Position numbers and translations under genes: made by a program
From: an uncultured Planctomycetaceae bacterium
GTDB taxonomy: Bacteria; Planctomycetota; Phycisphaerae; SM23-33
DNA length: 49,616 nucleotides
Assembly (NCBI GenBank): GCA_964616985.1
Contig: CAZTVF010000027.1
Coordinates: 1-49,616, forward strand
Direction: 5' to 3'
In this document: piece by piece, positions 36,545 to 45,600 of the stretch
Numbering within the stretch: position 1 is the stretch's first letter
How the letters are laid out: the number at the start of each line of letters is the position of its first letter
The notes under the pieces: generated by a model
Databases searched by the model: none
What the model was told of the DNA's origin: nothing
Seen by the model: the letters and a program-made list of their open reading frames with translations, nothing else

Positions 36545-38869
36545 TTATTGCACCCGCCGGGAGCGGCTGGGCCCCCGCAAGTCTGTGTAGTGACCGAATC
36601 GCTGACCGAGGAAAATCTCCGCCGCCAGCAGTGCCAACACCGCACCAATGAAGTACATCCAATAGTCTTTGCGCGGGGCCGTGCGCGATTCCTCCGACGC
36701 CCCCGCCGTCGCCAGCATAGACCGATACTCGTAGTCCTCCGTGCCGAACGCCGCCGTGATGCCCGCCTGCGCGCCCGGCGCCAGGTCGCCCTCGGCCGGA
36801 TCGAGATTCCGGGCGAACAGCACCTGCGACTCATCCCCGCGCGGCTGGTGCAGCCGCAGCGTATAGACGCCCGCCGACCGCGGCCGCTCGTACCGCAGGG
36901 CGCGGCCCTCGGCCGCCCGCTCCAAGGGCACTTCCTCTTCCTTGGGGAACTTGGGCGTGATCATCGACGTGGTGGCGTCGGCCCATTCCTTCGCCGGCGT
37001 GTAGACGATGGGCTGATCGACCAGGGCGGTTCGCGGGCGGTCGCCGCGGCAGAGCTGCGTCACCAGGCCCATCATCGTGGTGGCGTACGTGCCGACGGGG
37101 TCGCTGGGCCAGTCGCACCAGCGGGCGCTGCCGGAGGAATAGAACATGACTACCTCGCCCTTGCCGAACGAACGCGTCGCGATGGCGGGCGAGTTGCCTG
37201 CGTCGGCAAAGCGGGCGGCCACGTGCGGCGGCCCCGCGTCGCCCGCGGCCAGGGCGGTCGTCTCGGCCGCGGCGGTGAACACCCAGAACCGCACCAGGCC
37301 GGTGAATGCGCCGCCCTCGCCCTGGAACTTCTCCAGGAAGCGGTCGGGGCCGATCGACTTGGGGTTCAGGCGGAAATACTCGCCCGAGGGATCGGCCTTG
37401 CCTTGCGGCGAGCCGATTCGGAACGGCATCAGGCCCGAGCCGGCCGACCACATGTGGTCGTTGTAGAACCGCAGGTCCATGTGGCTGCCGCTGAAGATGG
37501 CCAGGCCGCCGCCGCTGCGGACGAACCGCTCCAACGCCGCCAGCTGCGGGTACGCCGTGTGACGCTCATTCGCGTCGGCCGGACGCGTCGTCACCGCCGT
37601 GTCCTGCGGGAAGGCCGCCACGTTCATCAGCACCACCACGTCGTAGTCTTCGAAGTTGACCGACGCCAGCGCGTCCTCGGAAATCACGTCGGGCCGGCAG
37701 CCGTACGAGCCGCTGCGGCGAGGGTCCAGCGCGCGGGTGAAGAAGAACGATTCGCTCTCGGTCGGGTCGGCGGCGTCCAACTGCCCGTCGACCACCAGCA
37801 CCCGCATGTGCTCGCGGACTTCGAAGGCCGCGAATGCCGTGTTGTCGGCCGGAAGCTCATCCTCGCTCAGCGTGGCCGTGATCACCGCGGGCCCGGCGAA
37901 CGTGCAAGTGATTCGGCATTCGACGGTCTCGGCCTTGCCCGGATCAATCTCCTTGATCGTCAGCATCGGCAGCGAAACCTCTCGCTGGCCTTCCTTGGTG
38001 TTCATGCGGGCGGCCATGCGGATCTCGACGTCGGAGGCGAGGGTCGTGCCGTTGTTGCGGACGGTGATTTCCACCCGTATCGGGTCCTTCGCCAGCACCA
38101 TGCGGTCCAGCAGCTTGATCTCCTGCAGCGTGAGGTTGTTCTTCGGCGCTCGGCCGTAGTCCAGTGCGGTCAGCTCGACGCCGTCCTTCTTCAGGGCGGC
38201 GATCTGCTGGCGGATGGCGGCCATCTGGTCGGCCGAGGAAAGATCCACGCGGCGGAAGTCGCTGGCGATCACCAGCCGCTTGGGGCCCTGCACGTCCTGG
38301 AACTTCTGGGCGGCGGCGGCCAGGCTGTCGGCGAGGTTCATCCGCCCGCTGGCGGGCTCAAGGGTCCTGAGCTGCCCGGCGAGGGAGTTGGAGTCGGAGG
38401 CGAAATCGCGGCGGGCGTAGGCCCAACCCTCGCCGTCGAGGCGGCTGGAAAGCAGCACGGACATCTGCTGCGTCCCCGGGATGCGTGCGGCCTGCTGGGC
38501 CAGGTCGCCGGCGGCCGTGCTCAAGGCCGAGGAGGTGCCCACCTTTTGCCCCATCGAGGCGCTGTCGTCGAGGACGAAGACGGAGGTCATCGTCCCGCTG
38601 CCGGAGGTGGGCCCGACCGCCTGACCGGAGCAGCCGACGAAGCGTCCCAGGGCCATGCCCAGCAGGAGGATCACCATGCAGCGGATGGCCAGGAGGATCA
38701 GTTCCTCCAGGCGTAGTCGCCGGCGGTTCTTCCGCAGGGAGTCCAGGAGGAACTTCATCGCGGCCCAGTCGCGCACCTTGAACCGCCTGCGGTTGAGCAG
38801 GTGGATCAAGATCGGCACACTCACCGCCGCCAGTCCTGTCCAGAATATGATCGGATGTAAAAAGGGCAT
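36545..38869 (-). CDS. BatA-like protein: 'aerotolerance regulator N-terminal' double-TM domain plus vWA/MIDAS domain, about 774 aa
   Basis: MPFLHPIIFWTGLAAVSVPILIHLLNRRRFKVRDWAAMKFLLDSLRKNRRRLRLEELILL is the BatA_N signature. The MIDAS motif is SVFVLDDSASMGQ. ATG at 38869 is preceded by GAGGA. Confidence 0.7.
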   Translation of the reverse strand: MPFLHPIIFWTGLAAVSVPILIHLLNRRRFKVRDWAAMKFLLDSLRKNRRRLRLEELILLAIRCMVILLLGMALGRFVGCSGQAVGPTSGSGTMTSVFVLDDSASMGQKVGTSSALSTAAGDLAQQAARIPGTQQMSVLLSSRLDGEGWAYARRDFASDSNSLAGQLRTLEPASGRMNLADSLAAAAQKFQDVQGPKRLVIASDFRRVDLSSADQMAAIRQQIAALKKDGVELTALDYGRAPKNNLTLQEIKLLDRMVLAKDPIRVEITVRNNGTTLASDVEIRMAARMNTKEGQREVSLPMLTIKEIDPGKAETVECRITCTFAGPAVITATLSEDELPADNTAFAAFEVREHMRVLVVDGQLDAADPTESESFFFTRALDPRRSGSYGCRPDVISEDALASVNFEDYDVVVLMNVAAFPQDTAVTTRPADANERHTAYPQLAALERFVRSGGGLAIFSGSHMDLRFYNDHMWSAGSGLMPFRIGSPQGKADPSGEYFRLNPKSIGPDRFLEKFQGEGGAFTGLVRFWVFTAAAETTALAAGDAGPPHVAARFADAGNSPAIATRSFGKGEVVMFYSSGSARWCDWPSDPVGTYATTMMGLVTQLCRGDRPRTALVDQPIVYTPAKEWADATTSMITPKFPKEEEVPLERAAEGRALRYERPRSAGVYTLRLHQPRGDESQVLFARNLDPAEGDLAPGAQAGITAAFGTEDYEYRSMLATAGASEESRTAPRKDYWMYFIGAVLALLAAEIFLGQRFGHYTDLRGPSRSRRVQ

Positions 38870-38934
38870 TACGTCCTCATTCGGCGTTCTCGCGGCCACG
38901 GAGAGCACGGAGAAACGCGGAGAAAAACATGAGA

Positions 38935-39194
38935 CTAAAGAATCACTCGCTGCAGCCCGTCCACAAGTTTGTCCATGTTGAAATTCATCACCAGCGCCAC
39001 CTTTGCGCCAGCGGTTTTCAGGGTGCTGATCACCTGCACCAAGTCTCTAGGCCTCAGTGAATCGCCAAGGCCCTGTGCACTTTGATCGCAGCCCCGATGA
39101 TCCTCTGAGTCAGTTCCCAGTGCGGGTGGCTGTTCTCACGGCAATCCGCCGCCAGAACCTCCGCTCCCGCCTGCTGTAGATAACTCTTCGACAT
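38935..39194 (-). pseudogene. Decayed GxxExxY-family (TIGR04256-like) gene: N-terminal and C-terminal thirds retained, central core deleted and frameshifted
   Basis: One frame reads MSKSYLQQ...HWELTQRIIGAAIKVHRALAIH*. The +1 frame continues ...LRPRDLVQVISTLKTAGAKVALVMNFNMDKLVDGLQRVIL*. These match the conserved IIGAAIEVHR.LG start and the ...ILTYLK..G.RLGLLINFN..LKDGIKR end of GxxExxY proteins. About 60 central residues, including the eponymous motif, are missing. Confidence 0.6.
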
Positions 39195-39360
39195 CGTCCT
39201 GCTTTCCGTCTTCGCTTCTTCTCTCTGAGTTCTCTGAGCCTCTGTGGTCAGCTTCTTCTTCTTCTTCTTCTTTTGCTTATTCTTCTGCAGCTGTTGCTTT
39301 TGCTTCTTCTCTCCGCTTTCTCCGTGCTCTCCGTGGCCTTCCCGTGCTTTTGTGGTCAGC
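39195..39360. repeat. Low-complexity polypyrimidine/polypurine island containing a (CTT)7/(GAA)7 microsatellite and TGTGGTCAGC direct repeats; AT-richer than surroundings
   Basis: It contains cttcttcttcttcttcttttgcttattcttctgcagctgttgcttttgcttcttctc. tgtggtcagc occurs at 39244-39253 and 39351-39360. It lies between the DUF58 stop and the GxxExxY remnant. Confidence 0.6.
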
Positions 39361-40287
39361 CTATTTCCGTGCGCTGGCCTTGCGGAGGGCGGCGGCGCGG
39401 GCGGCGAGGAAGGAGAGCAACGCGGCGTCGAGGTGGTCGGCGGTGGAGACCAGCTTGTAGTCGATCCTGCCGGCGATGCAGCGGCGATTGACGTCGCGGC
39501 AGAAGTCATCCACGGCCTTGAGGTAGCCTTCGCGAAGAGCGCGGGGCTCGATGATGACCCGCCCCGCCTGTTCCAGGCCGCGGAACATCGTGTTGCCCTG
39601 GAACGGGAACGTCAGTTCGTCCTCGTCCATGATGTGCAGCACCATCACCTCGTGGTCGTAGTGGCGGAAGTGCTGCAGGCCCTTGATCAGGCCCTCGATG
39701 TCCGTGAACAGGTCGCTGATCAGGCACACCAGGCCGCGGCGGCTGATCTTCTCGGCCAGGGAATGGCAGATCGGCTCCAGCGAGGTCTTGGCCCGGGGCG
39801 TCTGAAGGTCCAGGGCGTGCACCATCGTCTTGATCTGGTTGGGATTCGCCGAGGCCGGCAGGTACGCCTTCAGTTCCTCGTCGAAGACGGCCAGGCCGAC
39901 GGCGTCCTGCTGCCTCAGCAGCAGCATGGACAGCGAGGCCGCCACCGCGCAGGCGTAGTGGTACTTGGTCATGGCGTCGCGGCCGTCGCGGCGATAGAGC
40001 ATGGACTCGCTCGCGTCGACGATGAACGTCGCCTTGAGGTTGGTCTCCTGCTCGTACTGCTTGATGTAGTAACGGTCGGTCTTGGCCTGCACCTTCCAGT
40101 CGAGGTGCTTGAGATCGTCACCGGGCACGTACTCGCGGTGCGTGGCGAATTCGATCGAGAACCCGTGGAAGGGGCTGCGGTGCAGGCCGGAGATGAAGCC
40201 TTCGACCACCTGCCTGGCCAGGAGGTCCAGGCGGGTGATCTTCGACAGCACCCGCGGGTCGAGATACTTCTGTAATTCGTTACTCAT
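39361..40287 (-). CDS. DUF58-domain protein (degenerate vWA-fold, MoxR partner), 308 aa
   Basis: YVPGDDLKHLDWKVQAKTDRYYIKQYEQETNLKATFIVDASESMLY is the DUF58 hallmark. ATG at 40287 is used, with an in-frame TAA 15 nt upstream. Confidence 0.8.
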   Translation of the reverse strand: MSNELQKYLDPRVLSKITRLDLLARQVVEGFISGLHRSPFHGFSIEFATHREYVPGDDLKHLDWKVQAKTDRYYIKQYEQETNLKATFIVDASESMLYRRDGRDAMTKYHYACAVAASLSMLLLRQQDAVGLAVFDEELKAYLPASANPNQIKTMVHALDLQTPRAKTSLEPICHSLAEKISRRGLVCLISDLFTDIEGLIKGLQHFRHYDHEVMVLHIMDEDELTFPFQGNTMFRGLEQAGRVIIEPRALREGYLKAVDDFCRDVNRRCIAGRIDYKLVSTADHLDAALLSFLAARAAALRKASARK

Positions 40288-40326
40288 CGTTTGGCTTACT
40301 CGTTAACTGGTTAACTCGTTAACTCG
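40279..40326. repeat. 8-nt periodic array TTACTCA/TTACTCG/GTTAACTG/GTTAACTC/GTTAACTC spanning the DUF58 start codon and 5' leader
   Basis: GTTAACT occurs at 40302, 40310 and 40318, with TTACTC variants at 40280 and 40295. The array is AT-rich within a GC-rich genome. Confidence 0.55.
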
Positions 40327-40463
40327 TGGTCGGCCGCTCGGTCGTCTGTGGCGCGCCCCGGGGGCCCGCCGGCCATGGACCGCGCGGCGGCCTGTGCCGG
40401 CGCCGCGACCCATGCGTGTGGGCAGGCGGCGGCCCGGCAAGGCCGCCGCCCGCACGTGCTGCC

Positions 40464-41519
<1,056 letters not shown>

Positions 41520-41533
41520 TCAATTCTCCTTCG

Positions 41534-42676
41534 TCATCTCTGGTAAATGGGGAGGTATCCGTAGGGAAGCTGCAGAATCACCGTCGCCATGGCGGTGCCG
41601 TACGTGGTGCCCACGCTATCGCCGTCCCAACTGCCGTCGGCGGCCTGCATGCTCAACAACTTGTTGCGAATCTTGGGGTAGTACTCGGCCCAGTCCTTCC
41701 CGCCGTGCTGGTACATGCCCTGGGCCATGTAGTACTGCGTGTAGAACCAGTGGCCGTCGTTGGTGTCGGGGAAGGCCGACTTCTTCACGTAGGCCAGGAG
41801 CTTGTCGACCATCTCGGCCTCGACGCCCTTGCCGCCGGCCTGGCGGTCGTAGATGCCCGCGGCGTAGAAGCAGGCGATGGCGGCGGCCGAAATCGCCGGG
41901 CGGCTGGAGCCCTTGGAGGCGAACGAGTAGCAGATGCCGCCGTCGGCCATCTGGCAGGCCTTGAGGTACAGCACCGCCCGCTCGATGGTGCTCTTGGGGA
42001 CGCTGATGCCCGCGTTGCGGCACGCGCGAAGGGCCTGCAGCTGCGTCACGGTCACGCTGCCCTCGTCGCTCTTGCCGTCGGGGGTGTAGATCCACCCGCC
42101 CGCGTGCTTGAGGTTGGGCCCCAGGTCCGACTGTGCCTTGGCCGTGAGGGCGACGGCCTTGTCCAGGGCCTTCTTGATGCGCTTCTCGTTCTCGGTGTTC
42201 ATCTCGATGCCGTAGCACTGGGCCAGGAACAGCATGGCGAAGCCGTGCCCGTACATGCTGCGGCTCTCGGCGCCGGGGCCGGCGATCATGCCGTCGTCCT
42301 GCGCCTCGGCCACGTTGAGGATGTAGTTCATGGCCCGCGTGACTTCCTTGGCGTACGTGCCGCTTTCGGGGGTCGAGCCGTTGGCCATCAGCGACAGGCC
42401 CGCCAGGGACGTCATCACGCTGGGGTACACGCCATAGCCGCCGCCGTTGAGCCACGCCCCGTTGTTGCGCTGCGTCTGGGCGAGGTAGCCGATACCGCGG
42501 TCGATGGCCTTGACCGTCTTCTCGTCCATCATGTCCGGCAGGACGGGCCCCGGGGCCGCCGCCTGCACCGGCGGCGTGCGGACCAGCATCGTGCCCACGG
42601 TGACGGACAGGGCCACAAAGCCCACCATCAACGCCGGGCCGATGAGTCTTCGGTTGTCTCGGTTACGGTGCGCCAT
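41534..42676 (-). CDS. Secreted prenyltransferase/squalene-oxidase-repeat (terpene-cyclase-like alpha/alpha-toroid) protein, 380 aa
   Basis: A signal/anchor LIGPALMVGFVALSVTVGTMLV is present. Three QW-type motifs appear (QRNNGAW, QMADGGICY, QAADGSWDG). Its ATG overlaps the giant gene stop by 14 nt. Confidence 0.7.
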   Translation of the reverse strand: MAHRNRDNRRLIGPALMVGFVALSVTVGTMLVRTPPVQAAAPGPVLPDMMDEKTVKAIDRGIGYLAQTQRNNGAWLNGGGYGVYPSVMTSLAGLSLMANGSTPESGTYAKEVTRAMNYILNVAEAQDDGMIAGPGAESRSMYGHGFAMLFLAQCYGIEMNTENEKRIKKALDKAVALTAKAQSDLGPNLKHAGGWIYTPDGKSDEGSVTVTQLQALRACRNAGISVPKSTIERAVLYLKACQMADGGICYSFASKGSSRPAISAAAIACFYAAGIYDRQAGGKGVEAEMVDKLLAYVKKSAFPDTNDGHWFYTQYYMAQGMYQHGGKDWAEYYPKIRNKLLSMQAADGSWDGDSVGTTYGTAMATVILQLPYGYLPIYQR

Positions 42677-45600
42677 AGATCACCACGCCTTCATTGGTTT
42701 CGATGGCCAGCCGGCCGTTCGTCATCACCGGCGGACCCAGGGGTATCGCGGTCATTCCGTTCATCATCATGAATTGGCGGTTTCCCATCCGCCCCATCCT
42801 CAGGGCGTTGGCCGCTGCCACGTTGTCCGCGCCGCCCTTGCGGGCGACGGCGATCTTCGAGGCGATCTTGCCGGTCTGCACGTCCAGCACGTACACCATG
42901 TCTTCGCCGGTGCCCGTGGTGACGGCGACGGCCACGTGCGTCTGGCCGGCCACCGGCGGCGTCACGAGCAGGTTGGCGTTGTTGCCCACCACCTCGCTCA
43001 CCCAGGCGTACTTCTTGCGTTCGAGGTCCACCTTGGCCACCCAGAGCCCCATGAAAGGCCGCACCGTGCCCCACTGCCGCGGATCGGCAAACTGCGAACT
43101 GCAGGCGATGTAGGCCGAGCTGCCGTCGAAGACGGCGTAGATCGGCGTGATCTCGCCGCCTGAACCGGCCGTGGGCGCCGGCAGCGAGACCAGCGGTTCT
43201 TTGCCGGCCGTCACCGAGCAGATGTCGACCCGGCGGGAGTTGAAGGTGAAGGCGGCGTAGTCGGGGCTGACGCCCAGGATGGTGGGCGCGCTGTTGGCGT
43301 TGTCGTACGTCCGGCTCCACAGGGGCTTGGAGACCTGCCCCGGGTCCAGCGCCGTGACCTTGTTGTCGCTGCACACGATGGCCACGCCCGTGGGCGTGAA
43401 GCAGCCGACGGAACTGGCCTGGCCCTGGAAGGTCTGAATGATGCGGCCCTTCTGGGCCACGTCCAGCAGCGTCACCTGCCGCATCGAGGAGTGGCGGATC
43501 ATGACCAGCCCCCCGCCCACCTGCGGGGGCGTCATCATGGGGTTGCCCACCGCCAGTTGAACCTGGTTCCAGAGCACCTCGCCGGTGGCCATGTCGATGC
43601 AGATGATCCGCCCCACGCCGTCGGCCAGGGCCAGCAGGCCGTCGCCGGTGCCCATGAGGCAGTTGCCCTGCGCGCCGACGGCAGGCTCGGCCAGCGTGCG
43701 GGCCCACTTGGCCTTGGCCGTCCGCAGGTCGTAGCCGCGGATGCCCTCGTTGCTGGCGATCGTCAGCACCTTCTGATCTTTGCTCAGGGCGGCGATGGCG
43801 CCGGTGCCCAGGCCCGAGAAACCGCCCTGCCGCAGCGCGTCCGAAGTGATCGGCGACAACCCCTGCCAGCTGACGGCCGAGGCGGCGTCGCGGGCCTGCG
43901 TGTCGGCCATGATCGCGTGGTTGTTGCTCAGGACCAGGATGCGGTCGCCCAGCCGCAGGGGCTGGTAGTTCTGATCGCGGAGGATGCAGGTATTGTCCTT
44001 GGTCATCTCGAAGATCTTGGTCAAGGGCATTCGCAGCATCGCCGGCAGGCGGGCCTGGCGGACGGGGCCCTCGTGGGGGCCCTGCAGCTTGGTGAGGACG
44101 GTCTCCAGCGACCCCTGCAGATCGCCGAAGGCGACCTGGATGTCGGCCTCGGAGGCGGCCATGCCGGCGGCCTCGCGGGCGGCGTCGCAGTGATAGTTCA
44201 TCGTGCCGCGCTGGTTGTTGCGGCCGTAGACGGCCGCCAGGCCCACGTGAGCGTTAACGCGAAGGGCCCGCTCGACGGTCTCGGCCGTCAGGGGGGACAG
44301 CAGCGGCACGATTTGGGACAACGACCGGTCGGCCTGCTCGGGGGCCTCTTCCAGCGAGCGGCGGTAGAGCAGTTCGCCGGCGAGCAGGCGGGCGTTGTCG
44401 GACCACAGGCTGTTGGGCCAGCGGCGCGAGATGTCGGCCATCGCGTTGGCGTCGTTGGCGGCGCGGGCGCCATCCAGGGCCTCCTTGGCCTGCGCGTCGT
44501 AGGCGGCGTAGATCTGCTGGCCGTGCGTCTGCAGCAGGTCGCGAATGAGATTCTCGCCCAGGCGCGAGCCGACGATGTACTCCACCGACGGCCCCATCAG
44601 GGCGTTCTCCTGGCCGGGGCCGATCTCGACGTCGGCCAGCTCGGTCGAGCCGAACTGCTCGCGAAGCTCCTGTGCCAGCTGCACCGCCAGCGTCGCCTCG
44701 GTGATCTTGGCCTGGCGGAGCTTGGCCGCCTCGGCCGCGTCGGCGACCTTGTCCCTGTCGATGGCGGCCGCAATCTGGTCGGCCCGCAGGCGGTGGAACT
44801 TGGCCAGGCGCACCTTCATGTGCCCCTTCTCCTGGGGCGTCGCCGCGACGCTGTCGGCCAGGAGGTAGTTCTGCTCCATCGCGTTGGGGTCGGTGCCATG
44901 GTCGGCCAGCGCGACATACGTGCGGTAGAGCATGGTCTCGATGCGGGCGATCTTGACGTTGCCGTCGGGGGCGGCGATTTCCTTGGCGGCCAGCAGGTCG
45001 GCCAGGCACTCGCTGAAGTTGCGGCTGCTGAAGGCGAGCTGGGCCCGCGAGAGCAGCAGGTCGGGCTTGTTCTTGGCCGGGGCGGCCTCGAGGCGTTCAC
45101 TCAGGCGGCTGCGGGCGTCGGCATAGTTGAGGTAGCCGCACAGGCCGCCGGCGTTGGCGGCGATCAGCTGCCCGCGGACGCTGAGCAGGTTGCCCAGCAT
45201 GCCGGCGGCCCCGTCGCCGGCCACCAGCGGCAGAGGCTTGCTGGGATAGTTCGGGTCGGTGAGGTCCACGCGGATCAGCCGGCCCGAACCGCTGGCCAGG
45301 ATCGCCGAAGGCGTGACGGCCGGCCGCCCCACCACGGTTTCAGACGAGCCCACGGGCTTGCGGCCCATGTCGGTCAGCGAGACGATCTCCATCGAGGGGC
45401 CGCTGAGCAGCACGCGCGACGTATCGATGGCCGTCAGATCCCTCTTGCCCGAACGCTCCATCTGCTTGAGCAGCGTGCCGTCGTCGGCGGACAGGACCAG
45501 CAGAGTCTGGCTGTCGGCGGGCAGGGCGACAACCTTCGAACCGGCGACGATGATGGGATTGCCGGGGTAGCCCGGTCCCGGGTTGGGGTTGTAGCCCATG

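Noticed and set aside
39054-39509. 151-aa minus-strand ORF through the (GAA)n island (…KQKKKKKKKLTTEAQ…)
   Set aside because: The poly-Lys/Glu product arises from the microsatellite. The ORF crosses the DUF58 3' end. Only the last about 45 codons (GxxExxY N-terminal block) look like former coding sequence.
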